Origin: Balanoglossus misakiensis
Lineage: Eukaryota > Animalia > Hemichordata
Length of the DNA stretch: 64,000 nt
Direction: 5' to 3'
Assembly (NCBI GenBank): GCA_040954595.2
Contig: CM082584.2
Location: forward strand, 372,001-436,000
Each line of letters opens with the position of its first letter. The stretch's first letter is position 1. Both the position numbers and the translations under genes were made by a program. The notes beneath the pieces were generated by a model. That model made no database searches. It was given only the letters and a program-made list of their open reading frames with translations, and had not been told where the DNA came from. Positions 47,001-62,000 of this stretch are shown piece after piece.

Positions 47001-50000
47001 AGGAAATCTGACTTGATCAACGTGGTCAATGTACGCGTGTTTCCGCTCTAAAGTGCCGGGGCTTCAGCTAAACCATGCCGTAGGAAATCCGACGTAATCA
47101 CCGTTGATAACTTACGCCAGTCTGTGTCATATAGAGCCGGTGCACCAGCCGAATCACGCCGTAGGAAATCTGACTTGATCAACGTGGTCAATGTACGCCT
47201 GTTTCTGCTCTAGAGTGCCGGGGCTTCAGCTGAGCCAGGCCGTAGGAAACCCGACGTGATTACCGTTGTTAACTTACGCCAGTCTGTGTCCTATATATAG
47301 TGCCGGGGCATCAGCCGTGCCAGGCCGAAGGAAATGTGAGTAGATCAACGTGGTCTCTGTACGCGTGTTTCTGCTCTAGAGTGCCGGGGCTTTATCCAAG
47401 CCATGCCGTAGAAAATCTGACTTGATCACCGTTGCTAACGTACGATAGTGTCTGTCATAGTGTGCCGGGGTTTTAGTCGAGCCAAGCCGTAGGAGATCAG
47501 ACTTCATCAACGTGGTCTCTGTACGCGTATTTCTGCTCTAGAGTGCCGGGGCTTTATCCAAGCCATGCCGTAGAAAATCTGACTTGATCACCGTTGCTAA
47601 CGTACGCTAGTGTCTGTCATATTGTGACGGAGATTTAGCCGAGCCAGGCCGTAGAAAAATCGACTTGTTCAACGTTACCAGTGTGCAACTGTTTCTGCTC
47701 TAGAGTGTCAGGGTTTTAGCCGACTTATGCTGTAGGAAATCTGAGTTGATGAACGGGAATTCAATGTTAGAAAACCCGTGTGGAAAGTATCTCCTCCCGT
47801 TTGAAACTAAGAAAAGAATTTATTCTTATTCATTTTGTTAAAAAGACAATTTTTCGAAAAAAAGTCGAAAATGGTAATTTTGTCTTGGGTGATTCAAATT
47901 ATACCACCTTTTCTGGAATTTGCAGCACTTTTTACAAGAGAACGACACTTCATGCTCCATAATATTTCCGAAAATGAAGAAAATAGTTAATTTTTTATGA
48001 TTTTTTAAAAATTTACCATTTTTGTCAAAATATGGCCAAAATGGCTATTTTTTCTTGAATTCCGTCAATATCTCTGCATTTTTGGAGTGGTCGAAAGTTT
48101 TAACATACAATCAACATGTCATATATGATCAGGGCACCACATTTGAAGAACAAAGGTTTTTTTATTTTTTTTTCTAAAAATGACATTTTCAAGGAAAATT
48201 TGGTAAAACGCAATTTTGTCTGCAGTGAGCCAAATTAGACGGTCTTTTGTGGAATTTGTATCGATATATACATACGAAGAGCATTCTATACTCCATCAGA
48301 TTTCCAAAAATGTAGAAAACAGGTATTTTTTGTAATTTTCAAAAATTTACCATTTTGACCAAATTGTGGCTAAAATTGTTATTTTCGTGTTGAATGCCGC
48401 CAGTGTCACTGCTTTTAAAAGTCATAAAAACTTTTAACATACAAGCAATTGTTTATATATTATCATGTCACCGAATTAAAAAAATAAAGAATGTTTTGCC
48501 TAAAAATGACCTTTTTGGTGCAAAAACGAATAAAACGCAATTTTGTATTAAATCAGCTCATTCAGAGTGCATTTTTTATAATCAGCACCATTTTTACATA
48601 TAATGGAAATTTCATACATCATCAGATATCCAAATATGAAAAAATGATTTAGATTTTAGATGATTGTCCAAAAGTAGCTGATATCTAATAAATATAGTAT
48701 TGAACCGTTCTGTTCCCCCCCCTACATTAAATGCGGTACGCCGATGTCAGCTTACCCGTCAGTACTGCAGGCCGTGCCCACAACTAACGTCGGTGTTTGA
48801 AACGCCCTGGTTAAATTCGGGCTTTCTCTATAAATTGACAGGCAATATTGTAGTCCTACCGGAACAAATGTCGAGTGTTGACCCGCTGTGACTTTCCCTC
48901 TTCGGTTTGCCCGACTTAGCCAACGTCTTTGTACTAGAGTGTCGGGTGTTTTGCAGAGCCAGGCCGCACGAAATCCGACTTGATCACCGTTGCTAACGAA
49001 CGCTAGTGTCTGTCATGGTGTGCCGGGGTTTTAGTCGAGCCAGGCCGTAGGAGATCTGACTTGATCATCGTGGTCAATGTACGCGTGTTTCCGCTCTAAA
49101 GTGCCGGGGCTTCAGCTAAACCAGGCCGTAGGAAATCCGACGTAATCACCGTTGATAACTTACGCCAGTCTGTGTCATATAGAGCCGGTGCACCAGCCGA
49201 GTCACGCCGTAGGAATCTAATTTGATCAACGTGGTCAATGTACGCCTGTTTCTGCTCTAGAGTGCCGGGGCTTCAGCTGAGCCAGGCCGTAGGAAACCCG
49301 ACGTGATTACCGTTGTTAACTTACGCCAGTCTGTGTCCTATATATAGTGCGGGGCATCAGCCGTGCCAGGCCTAAGGAAATGTGAGTAGATCAATGTGGT
49401 CTCTGTACGCGTGTTTCTGCTCTAGAATGCCAGGGCTTTAGCCAAGCCATGCCGTAGGAAATCTGAATTGATCAACGTTGCTAACGAACGCTAGTGTCTG
49501 TCATAGTGTGCCGGGGTTTTAGTCGAGCCAAGCCGTAGGAGATCTGACTTGATCATCGTGGTCAATGTACGCGTGTTTCCGCTCTAAAGTGCCGGGGCTT
49601 GAGCTAAACCAGGCCGTACGAAATCCGACGTAATCACCGTTGATAACTTACGCCAGTCTGTGTCATATAGAGCCGGTGCACCAGCCGAGTCACGCCGTAG
49701 GAATCTGATTTGATCAACGTGGTCAATGTACGCCTGTTTCTGCTCTAGAGTGCCGGGGCTTCAGCTGAGCCAGGCCGTAGGAAACCCGACGTGATTACCG
49801 TTGTTAACTTACGCAAGTCTGTGTCCTATATATACTGCCGGGGCATCAGCCGTGCCAGGCCGAAGGAAATGTGAGTAGATCAACGTGGTTTCTGTACGCG
49901 TGTTTCTGCTCTAGAGTGCCAGGGCTTTAGCCAAGCCATGCCGTAGGAAATCTGACTTGATCAACGTTGCTAACGAACGCTAGTGTCTGTCATATTGTGA

Positions 50001-53000
50001 CGGAGATTTAGCCGAGCCAGGCCGTAGAAAAATCGACTTGTTCAACGTTACCAGTGTGCAACTGTTTCTGCTCTAGAGTGTCAGGGTTTTAGCCGACTTA
50101 TGCTGTAGGAAATCTGAGTTGATGAATGGGAATTCAATGTTTAAAAACCTGTGTGGAAAGTGTCTCTACCCTTTTGAAACTAAGAAAAGAATTTATTCTT
50201 ATTTATTTTGAAAAAATCACAATTTTTCGAAAAAAAGTCGAAAATGGTAATTTTGTCATGGGTGATTCAAATTATACCGCCTTTTCTGGAATTTGCAGCA
50301 CTTTTTACAAGAGAACGACACTTCATGCTCCATAATATTTCCGAAAATGAAGAAAAGAGTTAATTTTTTATGATTTTTTAAAAATTTACAATTTTTGTCA
50401 AAATATGGCCAAAATGGCTATTTTTTCTTGAATTCCGTCAATATCTCTGCATTTTTGGAGTGGTCGAAAGTTTTAACATACAATCAACATGTCATATATG
50501 ATCAGGGCACCAAATTCGAAGAACAAAGGTTTTTTTTTATTTTTTTTTCTAAAAATGACATTTTCAAGGAAAATTTGGTAAAACGCAATTTTGTCTGCAG
50601 TGAGCCAAATTGGCCGTTTTTTTGTGGAATTTGTATCGATATATGTATACGAAGAGCATTCTATACTCCATCAGATTTCCGAAAATGTAGAAAACAGGTA
50701 TTTTTTGTAATTTTCAAAAATTTACCATTTTGACCGAATTGTGGCTAAAATTGTTATTTTCGCGTTGAATGCCGCCAGTGTCACTGCTTTTAAAAGTCAT
50801 TAAAACTTTTAACATACAAGCAATTGTTTATATATGATCAGGTCACCGAATTTAAAGAATAAAGAATGTTTTCCCTAAAAATGACCTTTTTGGTGCAAAA
50901 ACGAATAAAACGCAATTTTGTATTAAATCAGCTCATTCAGAGTGCATTTTTTATAATCAGCACCATTTTTACATATAATGGAAATTTCATACATCATCAG
51001 ATATCCAAATATGAAAAAATGATTTAGATTTTAGATGATTGTCCAAAAGTAGGTGATATCTAATAAATGTAGTATTGAACCGTTCTGTCCCCCCCCTACA
51101 TTACATGCGGTACGCCGATGTCAGCTTACCCATCAGTACTGCAGGCCGTGCCCACAACTAACGTCGGTGTTTGAAACGCCCTGGTTAAATTCGGGCTTTC
51201 TCTATAAATTGACAGGCAATAATGTAGTCCTACCGGAACAAATGTCGAGTGTTGACCCGCTGTGACTTTCCCTCTTCGGTTTGCCCGACTTAGCCAACGT
51301 CTTTGTACTAGAGTGTCGGGTCTTTTGCAGAGCCAGGCCGAAGGAAATCCGACTTGATCACCGTTGCTAACGAACGCTAGTGTCTGTCATGGTGTGCCGG
51401 GGTTTTAGTCGAGCCAGGCCGTAGGAGATCAGACTTGATCAACGTGGTCTCTGTACGCGTGTTTCTGCTCTGGAGTGCCGGGGCTTTATCCAAGCCATGC
51501 CGTAGAAAATCTGACTTGATCACCGTTGCTAACCTACGCTAGTGTCTGTCATATTGTGACGGAGATTTAGCCGAGCCAGGCCGTAGAAAAATCGACTTGT
51601 TCAACGTTACCAGTGTGCAACTGTTTCTGTTCTAGAGTGTCAGGGTTTTAGCCGACTTGTAGGAAATCTGAGTTGATGAACGGGAATTCAATGTTAGAAA
51701 TCCGTGTGGAAAGTATCTCTACCCGTTTGGAACTAAGAAAAGAATTTATTCTTATTTATTTTGTAAAAAAACAATATTTCGAAAAAAAGTCGAAAATGGT
51801 AATTTTGTCTTGGGTGATTCAAATTATACCGCCTTTTCTGGAATTTGCAGCACTTTTTACAAGAGAACGACACTTCATGCTCCATAATATTTCCGAAAAT
51901 GAAGAAAAGAGTTAATTTTTTATGATTTTTTAAAAATTTACCATTTTTGTCAAAATATGGCCAAAATGGCTATTTTTTCTTGAATTCCGTCAATATCTCA
52001 GCATTTTTGGAGTGGTCGAAAGTTTTAACATACAATCAACATGTCATATATGATCAGGCACTAAATTCGAAGAACAAAGGTTTTTTTTTTTTTTTTCTAA
52101 AAATGACATTTTCAAGGAAAATTTGGTAAAACGCAATTTTGTCTGAAGTGAGCCAAATTAGACGGTCTTTTGTGGAATTTGTATCGATATATACATACGA
52201 AGAGCATTCTATACTCCATCAGATTTCCGAAAATGTAGAAAACAGGTATTTTTTGTAATTTTCAAAAATTTACCATTTTGACCGAATTGTGGCTAAAATT
52301 GTTATTTTCGTGTTGAATGCCGCCAGTGTCACTGCTTTTAAAAGTCATAAAAACTTCTAACATACAAGCAATTGTTTATATATGATAAGGTCACCGTATT
52401 AAAAAAATAAAGAATGTTTTGACTAAAAATGACCTTTTTGGTGCAAAAACGAATAAAACGCAATTTTGTATTAAATCAGCTCATTCAGAGTGCATTTTTT
52501 ATAATCAGCACCATTTTTACATATAATGGAAATTTCATACATCATCAGATATCCAAATATGAAAAAATGATTTAGATTTTAGATGATTGTCCAAAAGTAG
52601 CTGATATCTAATAAATGTAGTATTGAACCGTTCTGTCCCCCCCCTACATTACATGCGGTACGCCGATGTCAGCTTACCCATCAGTACTGCAGGCCGTGCC
52701 CACAACTAACGTCGGTGTTTGAAACGCCCTGGTTAAATTCGGGCTTTCTCTATAAATTGACAGGCAATAATGTAGTCCTACCGGAACAAATGTCGAGTGT
52801 TGACCCGCTGTGACTTTCCCTCTTCGGTTTGCCCGACTTAGCCAACGTCTTTGTACTAGAGTGTCGGGTCTTTTGCAGAGCCAGGCCGAAGGAAATCCGA
52901 CTTGATCACCGTTGCTAACGAACGCTAGTGTCTGTCATGGTGTGCCGGGGTTTTAGTCGAGCCAGGCCGTAGGAGATCTGACTTGATCATCGTGGTCAAT

Positions 53001-56000
53001 GTACGCGTGTTTCCGCTCTAAAGTGCCGGGGCTTCAGCTAAACCAGGCCGTAGGAAATCCGACGTAATCACCGTTGATAACTTACGCCAGTCTGTGTCAT
53101 GTAGAGCCGGTGTACCAGCCGAGTCACGCCGTAGGAAATCTTACTTGATCAACGTGGTCAATGTACGCCTGTTTCTGCTCTAGAGAGCCGGGGCTACAGC
53201 TGAGCCAGGCCGTAGGAAACCCGACGTGATTACCGTTGTTAACTTACGCCAGTTTGTGTCCTATATATAGTGCCGGGGCATCAGCCGTGCCAGGCCGAAG
53301 GAAATGTGAATAGATCAACATGGTCTCTGTACGCGTGTTTCTGCTCTAGAGTGCCAGGGCTTTAGCCAAGCCATGCCGTAGAAAATCTGACTTGATCACC
53401 GTTGCTAACGAACGCTAGTGTCTGTCATAGTGTGCCGGGGTTTTAGTCGAACCAAGCCGTATGAGATCAGACTTGATCAACGTGGTCTCTGTACGCGTGT
53501 TTCTGCTCTGGAGTGCCGGGGCTTTATCCAAGCCATGCCGTAGAAAATCTGACTTGATCACCGTTGCTAACCTACGCTAGTGTCTGTCATATTGTGACGG
53601 AGATTTAGCCGAGCCAGGCCGTAGAAAAATCGACTTGTTCAACGTTACCAGTGTGCAACTGTTTCTGTTCTAGAGTGTCAGGGTTTTAGCCGACTTGTAG
53701 GAAATCTGAGTTGATGAACGGGAATTCAATGTTAGAAATCCGTGTGGAAAGTATCTCTACCCGTTTGGAACTAAGAAAAGAATTTATTCTTATTTATTTT
53801 GTAAAAAAACAATATTTCGAAAAAAAGTCGAAAATGGTAATTTTGTCTTGGGTGATTCAAATTATACCGCCTTTTCTGGAATTTCCAGCACTTTTTACAA
53901 GAGAACGACACTTCATGCTCTATAATATTTCCGAAAATGAAGAAAAGAGTTAATTTTTTATGATTTTTTAAATGAAGAAAAGAGTTAATTTTTTATGATT
54001 TTTTAAAATTTAAAATTTACCATTTTTGTCAAAATATGGCCAAAATGGCTATTTTTTCTTGAATTCCGTCAATATCTCAGCATTTTTGGAGTGGTCGAAA
54101 GTTTTAACATACAATCAACATGTCATATATGATCAGGCACTAAATTCGAAGAACAAAGGTTTTTTATTTTTTTTTCTAAAAATGACATTTTCAAGGAAAA
54201 TTTGGTAAAACGCAATTTTGTCTGAAGTGAGCCAAATTAGACGGTCTTTTGTGGAATTTGTATCGATATATACATACGAAGAGCATTCTATACTCCATCA
54301 GATTTCCGAAAATGTAGGAAACAGGTATTTTTTGTAATTTTCAAAAATTTACCATTTTGACCGAATTGTGGCTAAAATTGTTATTTTCGTGTTGAATGCC
54401 GCCAGTGTCACTGCTTTTAAAAGTCATAAAAACTTTTAACATACAAGCAATTGTTTATATATGATAAGGTCACCGTATTAAAAAAATAAAGAATGTTTTG
54501 ACTAAAAATGACCTTTTTGGTGCAAAAACGAATAAAACGCAATTTTGTATTAAATCAGCTCATTCAAAGTGCATTTTTTATAATCAGCACCATTTTTACA
54601 TATAATGGAAATTTCATACATCATCAGATATCCAAATATGAAAAAATGATTTAGATTTTAGATGATTGTCCAAAAGTAGCTGATATCTAATAAATGTAGT
54701 ATTGAACCGTTCTGTCCCCCCCCCTACATTACATGCGGTACGCCGATGTCAGCTTACCCATCAGTACTGCAGGCCGTGCCCACAACTAACGTCGGTGTTT
54801 GAAACGCCCTGGTTAAATTCGGGCTTTCTCTATAAATTGACAGGCAATAATGTAGTCCTACCGGAACAAATGTCGAGTGTTGACCCGCTGTGACTTTCCC
54901 TCTTCGGTTTGCCCGACTTAGCCAACGTCTTTGTACTAGAGTGTCGGGTCTTTTGCAGAGCCAGGCCGAAGGAAATCCGACTTGATCACCGTTGCTAACG
55001 AACGCTAGTGTCTGTCATGGTGTGCCGGGGTTTTAGTCGAGCCAGGCCGTAGGAGATCTGACTTGATTATCGTGGTCAATGTACGCGTGTTTCCACTCTA
55101 AAGGGCCGGGGCTTCAGCTACACCAGGCCGTAGGAAATCCGACGTAATCACCGTTGATAACTTACGCCAGTCTGTGTCATATAGAGCCGGTGCACCAGCC
55201 GAGTCACGCCGTAGGAAATCTTACTTGATCAACGTGGTCAATGTACGCCTGTTTCTGCTCTAGAGTGCCGGGGCTTCAGCTGAGCCAGGCCGTGGGAAAC
55301 CCGACGTGATTACCGTTGTTAACTTACGCCAGTTTGTGTCCTATATATAGTGCCGGGGCATCAGCCGTGCCAGGCCGAAGGAAATGTGAGTAGATCAACG
55401 TGGTCTCTGTACGCGTGTTTCTGCTCTAGAGTGCCAGGGCTTTAGCCAAGCCATGCCGTAGGAAATCTGACTTGATCAACGTTGCTAACGAACGCTAATG
55501 TCTGTCATAGTGTGCCGGGGTTTTAGTCGAGCCAAGCCGTAGGAGATCAGACTTGATCAACGTGGTCTCTGTACGCGTGTTTCTGCTCTAGAGTGCCGGG
55601 GCTTTATCCAAGCCATGCCGTAGAAAATCTGACTTGATCACCGTTGCTAACGGACGCTAGTGTCTGTCATATTGTGACGGAGATTTAGCCGAGCCAGGCC
55701 GTAGAAAAATCGACTTGTTCAACGTTACCAGTGTGCAACTGTTTCTGCTCTAGAGTGTCAGGGTTTTAGCCGACTTATGCTGTAGGAAATCTGAGTTGAT
55801 GAACGGGAATTCAATGTTAGAAATCCGTGTGGAAAGTATCTCTACCCGTTTGGAACTAAGAAAAGAATGTATTCTTATTTATTTTGTAAAAAAACAATAT
55901 TTCGAAAAAAAGTCGAAAATGGTAATTTTGTCTTGGGTGATTCAAATTATACCGCCTTTTCTGGAATTTGCAGCACTTTTTACAAGAGAACGACACTTCA

Positions 56001-59000
56001 TGCTCCATAATATTTCCGAAAATGAAGAAAAGAGTTTATTTTTTATGATTTTTTAAAAATTTACCATTTTTGTCAAAATATGGCCAAAATGGCTATTTTT
56101 TCTTGAATTCCGTCAATATCTCAGCATTTTTGGAGTGGTCGGAAGTTTTAACATACAATCAACATGTCATATATGATCAGGCACTAAATTCGAAGAACAA
56201 AGGTTTTTTATTTTTTTTTCTAAAAATGACATTTTCAAGGAAAATTTGGTAAAACGCAATTTTGTCTGCAGTGAGCCAAATTAGACGGTCTTTTGTGGAA
56301 TTTGTATCGATATATACATACGAAGAGCATTCTATACTCCATCAGATTTCCGAAAATGTAGAAAACAGGTATTTTTTGTAATTTTCAAAAATTTACCATT
56401 TTGACCGAATTGTGGCTAAAATTGTTATTTTCGTGTTGAATGCCGCCAGTGTCATTGCTTTTAAAAGTCATAAAAAATTTTAACATACAAGCAATTGTTT
56501 ATATATGATAAGGTCACCGAATTAAAAAAATAAAGAATGTTTTGACTAAAAATGACCTTTTTGGTGCAAAAACGAATAAAACGCAATTTTGTATTAAATC
56601 AGCTCATTCAGAGTGCATTTTTATAATCAGCACCATTTTTACATATAATGGAAATTTCATACATCATCAGATATCCAAATATGAAAAGATGATTTACATT
56701 TTAGATGATTGTCAAAAATTAGCTGATATCTGATAAATGTAGTATTGAACCGTTCTGTTCCCCCCCCCCCCCTACATTATATGCGGTACGCTGATGTCAG
56801 CTTACCCGGCAGTACTGCAGGCCGTGCCCCCAACTAACGTCGGTGTTTGAAACGCCCTGGTTAAATTCGGGCTTTCTCTATAAATTGACAGGCAATAATG
56901 CAGTCCTACCGGAACAAATGTCGAGTGTTGACCCGCTGTGACTTTCCCTGTTCGGTTTGCCCGACTTAGCCAACGTCTTTGTACTAGAGTGTCGGGTCTT
57001 TTGCAGAGCCAGGCCGAAGGAAATCAGACTTGATCACCGTTGCTAACGAACGCTAGTGTCTGTCATGGTGTGCCGGGGTTTTAGTCGAGCCAGGCCGTAG
57101 GAGATCTGACTTGATCATCGTGGTCAATGTACGCGTGTTTCCGCTCTAAAGGGCTGGGGCTTCAGCTAAACCAGGCCGTAGGAAATCCGACGTAATCACC
57201 GTTGATATTTTACGCCAGTCTGTGTCATATAGAGCCGATGCACCAGCCGAGTCACGCCGTAGGAAATCTTACTTGATCAACGTGGTCAATGTACGCCTGT
57301 TTCTGCTCTAGAGTGCCGGGGCTTCAGCTGAGCCAGGCCGTGGGAAACCCGACGTGATTACCGTTGTTAACTTACGCCAGTTTGTGTCCTATATATAGTG
57401 CCGGGGCATCAGCCGTGCCAGGCCGAAGGAAATGTGAGTAGATCAACGTGGTCTCTGTACGCGTGTTTCTGCTCTAGAGTGCCAGGGCTTTAGCCAAGCC
57501 ATGCCGTAGGAAATCTGACTTGATCAACGTTGCTAACGAACGCTAATGTCTGTCATAGTGTGCCGGGGTTTTAGTCGAGCCAAGCCGTAGGAGATCAGAC
57601 TTGATCAACGTGGTCTCTGTACGCGTGTTTCTGCTCTAGAGTGCCGGGGCTTTATCCAAGCCATGCCGTAGAAAATCTGACTTGATCACCGTTGCTAACG
57701 TACGCTAGTGTCTGTCATATTGTGACGGAGATTTAGCCGAGCCAGGCCGTAGAAAAATCGACTTGTTCAACGTTACCAGTGTGCAACTGTTTCTGCTCTA
57801 GAGTGTCAGGGTTTTAGCCGACTTATGCTGTAGGAAATCTGAGTTGATGAACGGGAATTCAATGTTAGAAAACCCGTGTGGAAAGTATCTCTACCCGTTT
57901 GAAACTAAGAAAAGAATTTATTCTTATTTATTTTGTAAAAAAGACAATTTTTCGAAAAAAAGTCGAAAAATTGCAATTTTGTCTTGGGTGATTCAAATTA
58001 TACCGCCTTTTCTGGAATTTGCAGCACTTTTTACAAGAGAACGACACTTCATGCTCCATAATATTTCCGAAAATGAAGAAAAGAGTTAATTTTTTATGAT
58101 TTTTCAAAAATTTACCATTTTTGTCAAAATATGGCCAAAATGGCTATTTTTCTTGAATTCAGTCAATATCTCTGCATTTTTGGAGTGGTCGAGAGTTTTA
58201 ACATACAATCAACATGTCATATATGATCAGGGCACCAAATTCGAAGAACAAAGGTTTTTTTATTTTTTTTTTTAAAATGACATTTTCAAGGAAAATTTGG
58301 TAAAACGCAATTTTGTCTGCAGTGAGCCAAATTAGACGGTCTTTTGTGGAATTTGTATCGATATATACATACGAAGAGCATTCTATACTCCATCAGATTT
58401 CCGAAAATGTAGAAAACAGGTATTTTTTGTAATTTTCAAAAATTTACCATTTTGACCAAATTGTGGCTAAAATTGTTATTTTCGTGATGAATGCCGCCAG
58501 TGTCACTGCTTTTAAAAGTCATAAAAACTTTTAACATACAAGCAATTGTTTATATATGATCAGGTCACCGAATTAAAAATATAAAGAATGTTTTGCCTAA
58601 AAATGACCTTTTTGGTGCAAAAACGAATAAAACGCAATCTTGTATTAAATCAGTTCATTCAGAGTGCATGTTTTATAATAAGCACCAATTTTACATATAA
58701 TGGAAATTTCATACATCATCAGATATCCAAATATGAAAAAATGATTTAGATTTTAGATGATTGTCCAAAATTAGCTGATATCTAATAAATGTAGTATTGA
58801 ACCGTTCTGCCCCCCCCCCCCCCTTTACATTATATGCGGTACGCCGATGTCAGCTTACCCGGCAGTACTGTAGGCCGTGCCCCCAACAAACGTCGGTGTT
58901 TGAAACGCCCTGGTTAAATTCGGGCTCTCTCTATAAATCGACAGGCAATAATGCAGTCCTACCGGAACAAATGTCAAGTGTTGAACCGCTGTGACTTTCC

Positions 59001-62000
59001 CTGTTCGGTTTGCCCGACTTAGCCAACGTCTTTGTACTAGAGTGTCGGGTCTTTTGCAGAGCCAGGCCGAAGGAAATCCGACTTGATCACCGTTGCTAAC
59101 GAACGCTAGTGTCTGTCATTGTGTGCCGGGGTTTTAGTCGAGCCAGGCCGTAGGAGATCTGACTTGATCATCGTGGTCAATGTACGCGTGTTTCCGCTCT
59201 AAAGTGCCGGGGCTTCAGCTAAACCAGGCCGTAGGAAATCCGACGTAATCACCGTTGATAACTTACGCCAGTCTGTGTCATATAGAGCCGGTGCACCAGC
59301 CGAGTCACGCCGTAGGAAATCTGACTTGATCAACGTGGTCAATGTACGCCTGTTTCTGCTCTAGAGTGCCGGGGCTTCAGCTGAGCCAGGCCGTAAGAAA
59401 ACCCGACGTGATTACCGTTGTTAACTTACGCCAGTCTGTGTCCTATATATAGTGCCGGGGCATCAGCCGTGCCAGGCCGAAGGAAATGTGAGAAGATCAA
59501 CGTGGTCTCTGTACGCGTGTTTCTGCTCTAGAGTGCCAGGGCTTTAGTTAAGCCATGCCGTAGGAAATCTGACTTGATCAAAGTTGCTAACGAACGCTAG
59601 TGTCTGTCATAGTGTGCCGGGGTTTTAGTCGAGCCAGGCCGTAGGAGATCAGACTTGATCAACGTGGTCTCTGTACGCGTGTTTCTGCTCTAGAGTGCCG
59701 GGGCTTTATCCAAGCCATGCCGTAGAAAATCTGACTTGATCACCGTTGCTAACGTACGCTAGTGTCTGTCATATTGTGACGGAGATTTAGCCGAGCCAGG
59801 TCGTAGAAAAATCGACTTGTTCAACGTTACCAGTGTGCAACTGTTTCTGCTCTAGAGTGTCAGGGTTTTAGCCGACTTATGCTGTAGGAAATCTGAGTTG
59901 ATGAACGGGAATTCAATGTTAGAAAACCCGTGTGGAAAGTATCTCTACCCGTTTGAAACTAAGAAAAGAATTTATTCTTATTTATTTTGTAAAAAAAGAC
60001 AATTTTTCGAAAAAAAGTTGAAAATGGTAATTTTGTCTTGGGTGATTCAAATTATACCGCCTTTTCTGGAATTTGCAGCACTTTTTGCAAGAGAACGACA
60101 CTTCATGCTCCATAATATTTCCGAAAATGAAGAAAAGAGTTAATTTTTTATGATTTTTCAAAAATTTACCATTTTTGTCAAAATATGGCCAAAATGGCTA
60201 TTTTTCTTGAATTCCGTCAATATCTCTGCATTTTTGGAGTGGTCGAGAGTTTTAACATACAATCAACATGTCATATATGATCAGGGCACCAAATTCGAAG
60301 AACAAAGGTTTTTTTATTTTTTTTTCTAAAAATGACATTTTCAAGGAAAATTTGGTAAAACGCAATTTTGTCTGCAGTGAGCCAAATTAGACGGTCTTTT
60401 GTGGAATTTGTATCGATATATACATACGAAGAGCATTCTATACTCCATCAGATTTCCGAAAATGTAGAAAACAGGTATTTTTTGTAATTTTCAAAAATTT
60501 ACCATTTTGACCAAATTGTGGCTAAAATTGTTATTTTCGTGATGAATGCCGCCAGTGTCACTGCTTTTAAAAGTCATAAAAACTTTTAACATACAAGCAA
60601 TTGTTTATATATGATCAGGTCACCGAATTAAAAATATAAAGAATGTTTTGCCTAAAAATGACCTTTTTGGTGCAAAAACGAATAAAACGCAATCTTGTAT
60701 TAAATCAGTTCATTCAGAGTGCATGTTTTATAATAAGCACCATTTTTACATATAATGGAAATTTCATACATCATCAGATATCCAAATATGAAAAAATGAT
60801 TTAGATTTTAGATGATTGTCCAAAATTAGCTGATATCTAATAAATGTAGTATTGAACCGTTCTGTCCCCCCCCCTACATTATATGCGGTACGCCGATGTC
60901 AGCTTACCCGGCAGTACTGCAGGCCGTGCCCCCAAATAACGTCGGTGTTTGAAACGCCCTGGTTAAATTCGGGCTTTCTCTATAAATTGACAGGCAATAA
61001 TGCAGTCCTACCCGAACAAATGTCGAGTGTTGACCCGCTGTGACTTTCCCTCTTCGGTTTGCCCGACTTAGCCAACGTCTTTGTACTAATGTGTCGGGTC
61101 TTTTGCAGAGCCAGGCCGAAGGAAATCCGACTTGATCACCGTTGCTAACGAACGCTAGTGTCTGTCATGGTGTGCCGGGGTTTTAGTCGAGTCAGGCCGT
61201 AGGAGATCTGACTTGATCATCGTGGTCAATGTACGCGTGTTTCCGCTCTGAAGTGCCGGGGCTTCAGCTAAACCATGCCGTAGGAAATCCGACGTAATCA
61301 CCGTTGATAACTTACGCCAGTCTGTGTCATATAGAGCCGGTGCACCAGCCGAGTCACGCCGTAGGAAATCTGACTTGATCAACGTGGTCACTGTACGCCT
61401 CTTTCTGCTCTAGAGTGCCGGGGCTTCATCTGAGCCAGGCCGTAGGAAACCCGACGTGATTACCGTTGTTAACTTACGCCAGTCTGTGTCCTATATATAG
61501 TGCCGGGGCATCAGCCGTGCCAGGCCGAAGGAAATGTGAGTAGATCAACGTGGTCTCTGTACGCGTGTTTCTGCTCTAGAGTGCCGGGGCTTTATCCAAG
61601 CCATGCCGTAGAAAATCTGACTTGATCAGCGTTGCTAACGTACGATAGTGTCTGTCATATTGTGACGGAGATTTAGCCGAGCCAGGCCGTAGAAAAATCG
61701 ACTTGTTCAACGTTACCAGTGTGCAACTGTTTCTGCTCTAAAGTCTCAGGGTTTTAGCCGACTTATGCTGTAGGAAATCTGAGTTGATGAACGGGAATTC
61801 AATGTTAGAAAACCCGTGTAGAAAGTATCTCTACCCGTTTGAAACTAAGAAAAGAATTTATTCTTATTTTTTTTCTAAAAATGACATTTTCAAGGAAAAT
61901 TTGGTAAAACGCAATTTTGTCTGCAGTGAGCCAAATTAGATTGTCTTTTGTGGAATTTGTATCGATATATACATACGAAGAGCATTCTATACTCCATCAG

